This document shows positions 53,363-64,000 of a stretch of 64,000 nt of DNA, in pieces. The translations under genes were made by a program, and so were the position numbers. The stretch's first letter is position 1; each line of letters opens with the position of its first letter. The notes beneath the pieces are model-generated. The model had not been told where the DNA came from, made no database searches, and saw nothing but the letters and a program-made list of their open reading frames with translations. This DNA is from Amphiscolops sp. MND2022 (lineage: Eukaryota): the NCBI GenBank assembly GCA_964187785.1, contig OZ076409.1, forward strand, positions 73,968,001 through 74,032,000, in the 5' to 3' direction.

Positions 53363-56300
53363 GTGGTCAGTGCTGTTGCGTTCATTTTTTTCCGGCCGTG
53401 GGGGAGGGCCCCTCTGAGGCCGGTCATTTTTCAGGTAACAGCTTTCTTATACAAAAAAGCGGGAAAAAACCTCAGTGCTCAAATCCCAACCGTCAGAATG
53501 AGCTGAAATTTGGCATGTAGCTAGTGCATTGCAAATGATTAGGATGGGTTATAACGCTATGTTTGGCAAAATTGGTTTTGTTGCATTTTTTTTGTCATAT
53601 AGGGCCAAAAATGGCCTTTTTTGCGTATTTTTTGCTTGACTAGCTAATAACTCGCGTTGGGTTGGTACTAGCGATACGGGTGTGGGGTATGGAATTGTAA
53701 GAATACCAAGTACCTTGCTGATCACGTTATTTGATTTCCGCTCACATCACCCCCCACGCCGGAAATGCCCAATTTGTCACTTCCGGTCGCAATTTTTGAC
53801 TTTTTTGGATGGAGTTAAAACCCATTTCCGGTGTGAAGGAGTGGGTTGAGCGCTTCGACCCCAATATACTAAAAGTAGGTTTAGACAAAGTCCTATTAGG
53901 AAAAAAGTAATGTAAGCCCGTACCTATCACCCCCTCACCGGAAATAGGGCTCACGCCTCCTTTTTCTGTGTTGCAAAAGTGACATGTGCACATTTGTCCA
54001 ACTCCGAAGCCCCGGAGCACCGTGGGACCCTTATACTTTCTAAACACCTATCCCACACGCTACCGGAAGTGACCGGAAGTTTCACCGGAAATGACATCCT
54101 TGGACCGGAAATGGTCAAAAAATGACTTTTCAATGCAAAATAGACACATTTGGTGCGGTTTTTAGGCAAAAAGCATAGTTCGTGAAACACTTGTTGCAGT
54201 TGGAAGGGCCATTGTTCAGCAAGAATGCATACAGCATTACGTAGCACATCAAGTGGTTGATAATTTTTCGTCCATAATATCCATAGGACCGGAAATGGCC
54301 ATTTTTGAATCGGAAACTTCTTCAGCTTGATTTTTAACAAGTTTTTCCACAATATTAGTGTAGGAATTGCTCGTCGGATGCTTTAGGTCTATTTTAAAAC
54401 TAGCTAACTGCTTCTTAGAAATGTATTGCAGAAGTCCCAATCATATCTAGATGACCGGAAATGGGAGTGATTGCCTCCTTTATAACCTTTGAATGATAAA
54501 CTGTTAAAATCCGCAAATTATTTTATTCCACAATTGTTGCTCAGGTTATATCTAAGCAATAACATCTGCTTGAGATGGAGTGCTGTAATGGGAGATACAA
54601 GTTTTGCTTTTTAATAGTATTACATACGTGATATCCGCCGCAATAAAGATTTTTCAAGTCAACCATTTTGAAGTCCTACTGGTATTCCGCACACCCGAAG
54701 CAATTTAAAACTTTAGTTTCGATTTTCAGCTTCCGCGACTATTTAGTTGAGATGATAGTTTTCACGTTCTTTGCAAAACGTGCATTTTATTGTGTATTTG
54801 ACATTTATTGGGCTGTTTCACATGGTAATTCAAAACTAATTGATCATACAATTTGGAACAATTGAAAATTTGAACAATTTTTTAATAATTTCCCTTTCGT
54901 TGAAGATACTATTTTGTGGCCATTAGAACAGGTTGAATTAATTGAATAAGTAGTCAGTGCGATACATCGTTTAATACATAGCGTTTGACATCGGTTTTTT
55001 TTGCGAACAAAGACAAGCATGATTTGTTGGAAGTTTTTACCATATCGCTTCAAATGGGGTGTGACAAACAATGAATTTCTCGTTTTAATTGCTACTTCGA
55101 AAGCAACCTGAAAACTCAAATCGATCTATTGAATTATCGAGATGAAACTAAGCATTTCAAGTCTGGATTTCAATTTAATTCTATCACTCCGGTCTATTTT
55201 TATGTCGCAAGAGTGATAAAGCGTGTTAGCAAGGTTAAACACATCGAACAATTTTAATAATAAAGCCTCCGGAAAGGGAAGAAAAAATGAGTTTTCCTGT
55301 CAAAACTATGATAACCATGTACGAAACATCAAGTTTTTGTATTGTTCAATAGTCCAAAACGTGAATGAAGTTTTTAAATATCCAAGCGTTTCTAATCAAG
55401 CATGCGTTTCAAATGTCTGACAGGGCAGCATCGTTCTCAAAAAACATTGCTTTCAATGTGGTTTGATACCAGCAAAACGAACGTAGGCACAACCAGATTC
55501 TCAAAATTCTTGCACAACAACCAATTTCTTTGGAAATTCTATTTGATTCCTCAGGGTATAAGGTGAGAACCCTGGTGGGTTCCAAATTTGATTAGCAGTT
55601 TTTTGGGTTCGCGAGATAAGTTACAACGGAAATCTGAAAGCAGGTCGTCTCAATAAAATACCTGTTGCTCTTTAAACGATTGGACTTAAGTAGTCGAAAT
55701 TTATTCTCAGACACTTTCGATCAGAGAATGTTTGAGTCCTAACGTTCGAATCAGGTTGGTTTCAGGTGGCTCGAAGTGCCAGCTGAACCAACCTTTCAAA
55801 TAAAGAAAAACCCCACATCTCCCTTCATGCCACGCTACCCCGTATAGCGTTTCAACTTGACAGAAGTTGGAACGTTTGATTTTGGCGTCGCTTGGGATTG
55901 ACACACCAGTGTTGATACTAAATTTGGCAAAGAGAAATCGCAGAAATGATTGTTTCTTTTTTTCCCTTTGATTTAGTCTGTCGAGCGTACAAAGCAGTTT
56001 GGGAAACTAACTTGCATTTCCACTGAACGAAAAAAAGTAGTAGCCTTGCAAACTCCTGGACGAAATTGAATCAGGTTTTCCTATTTGTGAGATCAGCTGT
56101 CACTCAATTATCAATTACTTTTTCAAAAATTTTTAGGAACAACTAACCTAACTCTGCTCGACTCTCTTGAATAATGCAACAATCGTTTACTGATCTGTAC
56201 TCGTGAGAAAAAAATCAACTGCAGGTCCAAAAACAATCTATATATCTTTGGTTTATTCCGTGCAAAGCTTTTTTTCACACCATGTGACTCAACTATAACA

Positions 56301-56419
56301 TGTATGTAATGAAACCAATAACACCTTCAACTATCAACGCCCACCGTCCGTAGGCATGCCGAGGCATGCCTTTCGACGACGCGCGCCGAAAACAATCTAA
56401 CGGCGCCACCCGCTTCTGG
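53363..56419 (+). mobile_element. Unit 18, 3057 bp, ~3.07-kb class
   Basis: Appears to be a mosaic of unit 16-like and unit 17-like variants. H3 at 55753-55794, core 56352-56371, CTGG 56416-56419. Confidence 0.7.
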
Positions 56420-57722
56420 GTGGCCACGACCATGGTTTCTTGCGTATCTTGTCGAATCTTTTGTCGTTGCCGGCCGGGGAGGGACCCGTTTGCCGGCGTG
56501 TGTAGTGTGGGGCCCCCATACCCAAAAAGTGGTATTTTTTTCAGAGATCTCAAAATCGGCCCGTCAGAATTGCCTGAAATTTGGCATGAGGCTCCCAATT
56601 GGGGAAAAAATAAGAAGTGTAGGAGGCGACTTGTTCGGGTAAATATTGTATGTTGACTTTTGGCCAAAATAGTGTTCCCCCCCAACATGGGCAAAATCAC
56701 ATGAGGTGTAAAAATATGATCACAACTTTTGAACCTTTGGATTTAGGGGTACGGTCGTGGACCACATTAAGCAAGAGCTTTGGTGAGCGGGTAGGATAGA
56801 TGAGTTTTGATCCCAGTACCTTCAACCACTTTTGAGAAATTAACGTTTCAAACAAACATCCGGGAGGTATCTGTTGCCCCTGAAGGCAGGTTTTTCGCCA
56901 TTTTCAATGTGAAGGAGTGGGTTTAGCGCAACGTGTGTGGGGTGCTTTTTTGTTGCCCGTGTGCGGAGCGTTGTATAGAGGTGCTGGTTGTTGAAATTGG
57001 AAAAGTTGGTAAAAAGTTATACCTATACCCCCCCTACTGTCTCTGCCATTCAATTTTTTTTTCAACTTCAGGCCTCCCAAAGGTGAGAAACTTCCACACA
57101 ACTAGTATTGCAAGTGAATGCATGTGGAAAGTACTTGGATAGACGAGAAAAATGAGCTATAGAACGACTCTGTAGCTTAACTTGACGTTGACTTATGACA
57201 TTTTGAGTGTGAGCTTGCTATGTGAGAAAAAAATTCAAAATTGAAAATCGAAGTAAGTCTCATCCAAAACTCATCGAAATACGTTCAATCCATCCCAAAG
57301 CGGATTAATTCCAGATATATAGTGCAGCAACACTATTCAAGACCATTTGACACAATTTTACTAGTTTTGACATTGTATTATTCATCCGAGAGCACAAAAC
57401 AGTTGGGTACATTCCATCTCCCTTTCGGGGGAGATGAGAATGTACCCGCTAAATGACACGCACCATGGTCTAAATTTTACCTTTATGCGACACTTTCTAG
57501 GCTTTCGCGCAAGCCCACTAATATTTAGACTGGTTTCTTTCTCTTTCACTCCAAACATTCCGTCCGTACTAACCACCTTACACACCACCAGCAGCTCAAC
57601 GACACATCTGTAACGTCAACGCCACATACTTGCATCAACGCCCACCGTCCGTGGGCATGCCGAGGCATGCCCTTCGACGACGTATGCCCGTTGTCACAAC
57701 AGGGCGCCCCTACATTCTCTAG
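56420..57722 (+). mobile_element. Unit 19, 1303 bp, ~1.3-kb class, distinct family
   Basis: Starts GTGGCC. Left hairpin 56469-56497, H1 at 57405-57447, core 57653-57672, CTAG 57719-57722. Confidence 0.7.
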
Positions 57723-59716
57723 GTGGGCGGTAGGTTTCCCGTAGTCAAAAAAAAATTGCAGGCCGGGGTAGGGGCCCTGGCCGAGGCAAAATACCATAGA
57801 AAAGGTACCAAATTATGTGAGTTTAGAAAATTGAGCCATACAAATTCTCTGAAAATTGCTGTGTGTACCCTATCGCCCAATCTAAGAACTTTTTCCTGCT
57901 GACGTTTTGCTCTCCAAATGTTACTAATATGACTTTTTGAAAAATTTATCTCTGGTTTTTCATCAAAAATAGTGATTTTGGCAATTTTTGTGAAATATCT
58001 CTGATTGCATTAATTTTTGGACGTTGACTGTGAAACAAGGTCGGAACCATCATTTCGTGACCATGGCAATGCACTAAACACAAAAGATGTAGAGTTTTTA
58101 AATTTTTGGAAAATTTGACATTTTTAAATTTTTTTCACTACTATCAGTACCATATATGTCAAAATAACCTCAGAAAAATTTTTTTATTTTATTTAATTTA
58201 GAATCCTTGCTATCCATGGTTTCTGTTAGTATCTACTCGCTGCCAGAGACTCAACAGTTAGCATCGAATCTGAAATTAAAAATTTTTTCGAGGTCATAGG
58301 TGTTTCACAAGGATTTCACAACATAGTCTTGTTTTACAAATAGGTCATTTACAACATCATATTTTCATCGAGGCATGTCGGATATAGTCTTATTGCTCAC
58401 GAACGGTCCTACTGGCAACGTAATAACCATTTATAGAAATATAAAGTTTTTAAAAAATCTTTTTACCCGTTCTTCAGACATTTTTCAGACATTCGGAACT
58501 TAACTTAGAAAAATTTCGTCTCAAAAACCCATTTTTCGTCAGGTCGAAATTTGAAATTCAGCTTTTGAAGCACAAATATGCACTCTGACGTAACCAGTAG
58601 GGCCAATGATACTCAACAACACCATTGAGACTGGTATCAGTCGCTCCAAAAACATATGAGCCGTGATAAGACGTTTTTTTCAACAATACTGTTCAATTGA
58701 TGTAAACATCGCGGAAGCCTTGGATTACAGTGAAAGTTGATTTGAACAAAAATTTACTCTTTTTTGTCAATCACTATGTAGACAGAATGCGTAGGGTAAG
58801 TTTCAGCACTAATATGAAGATTTTGAAGGAATCGGGTTGCTCAAGGCGTGGTATGAGACACTTTTTTCTCATATACTAGTGTTTTTCAAAACCTTTTCGT
58901 TAAATATCTCGAAAAGCAAACAATAAAAAATACTTTCTGATATCTAATTTAATTCCTAGAATATAAATGAATCATGTGGTTGATCAGAAACTCTCTACTT
59001 TAATGTTTCCAGAAAAAAATCCCTTCCCATGTTTTATATCTGTAGCAGTAAAAAAAGTAGACGCTAAAAAATACGCTATTTTGCTAAGATTGAATTGCAA
59101 TTGTTTAGCTTTAAAACTCTTTTAATACTTCTAACGCCACCTTAAGGACTCAAGATGATTGAAAATGTCAATCACAATGCTGACATGTAGTCTTTCTACG
59201 ATCCTGGCTGGACAGATTTTGATTATTTTTCAAGTACCTGTTAACTGAATCTCGTGATAGCCTTCTAAGTTGACCTTCTGCGTCAACTTGAGAAGGCTAT
59301 CACTAAAATAAACTAAATTCTGATTTGTTTGTTTGTTCCTAACGTCTTTTGGTACGATCGTCTTACGGTTAGTTGGTTAAACCAGGTCGCTTATACTTCC
59401 ACAATTTTCGACCACCGTCCGTGTATTCGGTTCACACGACTTTACATTTTCAGTCGTTTGTTTTCGATAACTATCACAATGTACTGCCATTAGCGCAAAA
59501 TTCATACTAGTACTTGGTTGGTTGAAATACTCAAACAACTGTTTCCATAGTTATTCGCGGTGATGGTACAATCCGCGCGCCTACATACCTACGGCGTCTT
59601 GTCACTACAACGCCACATAAGGAAACAACGCCCATAGTCCGTAGGCATGCCGAGGCATGCCTTTCGACGACGCGCGCCAAATCTATGCGCGCCCGCACTT
59701 GTGCGGTAGCTGCTAG
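57723..59716 (+). mobile_element. Unit 20, 1994 bp, diverged ~2-kb class member with distinct ends
   Basis: Middle is homologous to unit 3 but diverged. H2 variant 59254-59303, core 59643-59662, terminal hairpin CCGCAC-ttt-GTGCGG, CTAG 59713-59716. Confidence 0.7.
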
Positions 59717-61704
59717 GTGCGGGGGGGGTAATTCCCCAACAAAAATTACGGCCGGCGGGTTGGGTCCTGCCGGACGTTCAAATAGCGCGAAGCATCTAGT
59801 AGAAAACAAGGAGTCCTGAAACAGCGATTTTAAAATTGAACCGTTAGAATTTGGTTTTAGATTGCATGCGGCCCTAAAATCCCCATACGAATGGAAGTTC
59901 CTGCTGGCGTTAAGCGATTGAAATAATATATAAAAAGTTATGGCCCATTTTTGGGTCACCGAGAAGGTCAAAATGAAGAAAATTTTAACTAAGTTGCTGA
60001 TAACTCAAAATGTGTTAATTTTTGGACTTTGACTGTGAAACAAGCTTGGAACCTTCATTTCGTGGCTGTGGCATTGCACTGAACACAAAAGATGTAAAGT
60101 TTTCTCATTTTTTGAAAATTCGACATTTTTGAATTTTTTTCACTACTATCAGTACACTATATGTCAAAAACACCTCTGAAAAAATTTTTTATTTGCTTAA
60201 ATTTAGAAACCTCGGTATCCATGGTTTCCGTCAGTACCTACTCGCTGCCAAACACTCAACAGTTTGCATCCAATGTGAAAATAAAATTTTTTTCGAGGTC
60301 TTAGGTGTTTCACAAGGATTTCTCAACTTAGTATCAATTTACAAATTGGTCATTTTGAACACATTATTTTCATCGAAGCGTGTCATATACCGCCCTAATG
60401 CTCACGAACGGGCCTACTGGCAACGTTGGAACCATTTATAGTAATAAAAAGTTTTAAAAAATTTTTTTCACCCCGTCTTCAGTCATTTTACACACTTTCG
60501 GAACTTAACTTAGAAAAATTTCAACCAAAAACCCATTTTTTGTCTAGTCGAAAATTCAAATTCAGCTTTTTAGGCAAAATAAGTAAATCTGACATAACCA
60601 GTGGGGCCCATGAAACTCAAAACCACGATTGAGACTGGTATCAATGGCTCCAATAACATATGAGTCGCGATAAGACGCTATTTTGAGCAAAACATCTCAA
60701 TTGAGGTAAAGATCTCGCAAGCCAGCGATCACTGTGAAATGTGATTTCATCAAACATTTACTCTTTTTTGTCACTCACTATGTGCACAGAATGCGTAGGG
60801 TGCGTTTCAGCACTATAATGAGGTTTTTGAAGGCATCGAGTTGCTCAAGGGGTGGTATGAGACATTTTTGTCCCTTATACTACTGTAGTTTCCAAAATTT
60901 TTACCCCAATATCTGGAAATACAAACTTGACAAACAACTTTCAACTACTTTATTCAAAGGTTACAATATAGATGAACACTCTGGTTGATAAGAAACTTTC
61001 ATCTCTTTCGTTTTCGGAAATATTTCCGTTCGCATGTGTTACATTCATAGCAGAAAAAAAAATCGAAACTGAAAAATACGCTATTTTGCTGATATAGAAT
61101 CGCAATGATTGTGCCTAAAAACTCTTTCAACACTTCTAACGCAACCTTACGCACCCAAAATGATCAAAAATGCTATTCACAATGGTGACATGTGCTCTTT
61201 CTACGATCCTGGCTGGACAAGGTTTGCATATTTTTCAAGTACCTGTCAGCTAAATCTTGTGATAGCCTTTTCAGTTGGCCTTGTGTCAACTTGGGAAGGC
61301 TATCACATCAAAAAACCATCAACAAAAAAAATTTTTGTTTATTGGATCTTACAGTAGATACTTTTTTCGTGATTCTATACTACCGTTAGTATATTTCATC
61401 AGGTCACCTTACGATTGCATTCAGTCTTTGATAAAAACCTATGAACTCAAAGTCACATTTATATATTTTTTTGCCAGAAAATAACATCAAAAATATCTAA
61501 AATTTATAAAATAGAGTCTTTAACATTTTTACGTTTCAAGTTTTTGCCGTTATTAGGCCAATCAACGTCCTAGAGCCACATCCTGCCACATACTGTACAA
61601 CGCCACATAGTGTTGCGACGTGCACAGTCTGTGGGCATGCCGAGGCATGCCCTTCGACGACGTATGCCGAATACCGCGGGCCTACGCCCGCGCTCCCCGG
61701 CTAG
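59717..61704 (+). mobile_element. Unit 21, 1988 bp, ~2-kb class
   Basis: Core 61633-61652, CTAG 61701-61704. Confidence 0.75.
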
Positions 61705-63693
61705 GTGGGCGGGGGTAATTCCCCAACAAAAATTACGGCCGGCGGGTCGGGTCCTGCCGGACGTTCAAATAGCGCGAAGCATCTAGTAGAAAACAAGGAG
61801 TCCTGAAACAGCGATTTTAAAATTGAACCGTTAGAATTTGGTTTTAGATTGCATGCGGCCCTAAAATCCCCATACGAATGGAAGTTCCTGCTGGCGTTAA
61901 GCGATTGAAATAATATATAAAAAGTTATGGCCCATTTTTGGGTCACCGAGAAGGTCAAAATGAAGAAAATTTTAACTAAGTTGCTGATAACTCAAAATGT
62001 GTTAATTTTTGGACTTTGACTGTGAAACAAGCTTGGAACCTTCATTTCGTGGCTGTGGCATTGCACTGAACACAAAAGATGTAAAGTTTTCACATTTTTT
62101 GAAAATTCGACATTTTTGAATTTTTTTTCACTACTATCAGTACACTATATGTCAAAAACACCTCTGAAATTTTTTTTTTATTTGCTTAAATTTAGAAACC
62201 TCGGTATCCATGGTTTCCGTCAGTACCTACTCGCTGCCAAACACTCAACAGTTTGCATCCAATGTGAAAATAAAATTTTTTTCGAGGTCTTAGGTGTTTC
62301 ACAAGGATTTCTCAACTTAGTATCAATTTACAAATTGGTCATTTTGAACACATTATTTTCATCGAAGCGTGTCATATACCGCCCTAATGCTCACGAACGG
62401 GCCTACTGGCAACGTTGGAACCATTTATAGTAATAAAAAGTTTTAAAAAATTTTTTTCACCCCGTCTTCAGTCATTTTACACACTTTCGGAACTTAACTT
62501 AGAAAAATTTCAACCAAAAACCCATTTTTTGTCTAGTCGAAAATTCAAATTCAGCTTTTTAGGCAAAATAAGTAAATCTGACATAACCAGTGGGGCCCAT
62601 GAAACTCAAAACCACGATTGAGACTGGTATCAATGGCTCCAATAACATATGAGTCGCGATAAGACGCTATTTTGAGCAAAACATCTCAATTGAGGTAAAG
62701 ATCTCGCAAGCCAGCGATCACTGTGAAATGTGATTTCATCAAACATTTACTCTTTTTTGTCACTCACTATGTGCACAGAATGCGTAGGGTGCGTTTCAGC
62801 ACTATAATGAGGTTTTTGAAGGCATCGAGTTGCTCAAGGGGTGGTATGAGACATTTTTGTCCCTTATACTACTGTAGTTTCCAAAATTTTTACCCCAATA
62901 TCTGGAAATACAAACTTGACAAACAACTTTCAACTACTTTATTCAAAGGTTACAATATAGATGAACACTCTGGTTGATAAGAAACTTTCATCTCTTTCGT
63001 TTTCGGAAATATTTCCGTTCGCATGTGTTACATTCATAGCAGAAAAAAAAATCGAAACTGAAAAATACGCTATTTTGCTGATATAGAATCGCAATGATTG
63101 TGCCTAAAAACTCTTTCAACACTTCTAACGCAACCTTACGCACCCAAAATGATCAAAAATGCTATTCACAATGGTGACATGTGCTCTTTCTACGATCCTG
63201 GCTGGACAAGGTTTGCATATTTTTCAAGTACCTGTCAGCTAAATCTTGTGATAGCCTTTTCAGTTGGCCTTGTGTCAACTTGGGAAGGCTATCACATCAA
63301 AAAACCATCAACAAAAAAAAATTTTGTTTATTGGATCTTACAGTAGATACTTTTTTCGTGATTCTATACTACCGTTAGTATATTTCATCAGGTCACCTTA
63401 CGATTGCATTCAGTCTTTGATAAAAACCTATGAACTCAAAGTCACATTTATATATTTTTTTGCCAGAAAATAACATCAAAAATATCTAAAATTTATAAAA
63501 TAGAGTCTTTAACATTTTTACGTTTCAAGTTTTTGCCGTTATTAGGCCAATCAACGTCCTAGAGCCACATCCTGCCACATACTGTACAACGCCACATAGT
63601 GTTGCGACGTGCACAGTCTGTGGGCATGCCGAGGCATGCCCTTCGACGACGTATGCCGAATACCGCGGGCCTACGCCCGCGCTCCCCGGCTAG
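61705..63693 (+). mobile_element. Unit 22, 1989 bp, ~2-kb class, near-identical tandem copy of unit 21
   Basis: ORF track repeats at offset 1989. Core 63622-63641, CTAG 63690-63693. Confidence 0.75.
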
Positions 63694-64000
63694 GTGGGCG
63701 GGGGTAATTCCCCAACAAAAAATTCGGCCGGCGGGTTGGGTCCTGCCGGACGTCAAATAGTGTGAAACATCCAGTAGGAAACGGCGACATAAATCAGCGA
63801 TTTTAAAATTTAACCGTTAGAATTCGGACTTGGAGTGCATGCGGCCCCAAAATGCCCATACGAATCGAAGTTCCTGCTGACGTTAAGCGATAAAAACATT
63901 TTATAAAAAGTTATGGCCAATTTTTGGTCCCCATTAGATGTAAAAATGATGAAATTTTTCATAAAAGGGCAAATATCTCAAAATGCAATAATTTTTAGAC
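63694..64000 (+). mobile_element. Unit 23 (partial, left end only)
   Basis: Left end like units 8 and 13, diverging from them after ~63920. Confidence 0.65.

Larger units (their letters stand above)
1..64000 (+). repeat. Mixed head-to-tail array of non-autonomous Helitron-like (rolling-circle-type) elements, extending beyond both window edges
   Basis: 23 junctions, with CTRR ending at 1509, 2787, 7549, 9531, 14293, 19055, 21039, 23013, 25003, 26988, 31738, 36503, 38488, 40470, 45232, 47220, 50292, 53362, 56419, 57722, 59716, 61704 and 63693. Each is preceded by the same core palindrome and followed by GTGG or GTGC. All units are in one orientation. The repeat structure is seen directly; the Helitron assignment is inferred from the hairpin + CTRR end. 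Confidence 0.9.

Noticed and set aside
1396..63693. CRISPR array or bacterial integron interpretation of the recurring palindrome
   Set aside because: The intervening segments are 1.3-4.8 kb, repeated and non-coding. There are no cas or intI genes and no attC RYYYAAC/GTTRRRY boxes. The integron comparison is only an analogy.
801..63756. Short ORFs in the six-frame track (61-146 aa)
   Set aside because: They recur only because the DNA is repeated, are broken by frameshifts or stops in paralogous units, and show no recognisable domain (no HUH, helicase, integrase or reverse transcriptase motifs).

Overview
The whole window is non-coding, AT-rich repetitive DNA that looks eukaryotic (probably an invertebrate, which is inference). 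No credible protein-coding or RNA gene is visible. It is an uninterrupted head-to-tail array of 22 complete and 2 partial units with no host DNA between them. All 23 junctions share one architecture: CAACGCC-like repeats, an invariant 20-bp palindrome RGGCATGCCGAGGCATGCCY, TTCGACGACG, a GC-rich hairpin, then CTRR|GTG(G/C), followed in the next unit by a conserved left-end hairpin. A hairpin about 10-12 nt before CTAG is the canonical Helitron 3' end, so the units are best described as non-autonomous rolling-circle (Helitron-like) elements. Four features are unusual. (1) At least 5-6 internally divergent families are interleaved and all joined at the same base. (2) Lengths fall into discrete classes of about 1.29, 1.98, 3.07 and 4.76 kb even between families with largely unrelated bodies. 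(3) Each class carries a conserved internal bulged hairpin. (4) The invariant palindrome matches the p53-family response element at 19/20 positions. Together these suggest a cassette-like array that grows by site-specific insertion of non-coding circles mobilised by an unseen helper. This model is a hypothesis; coordinates were counted by eye and no alignment or database search was run.
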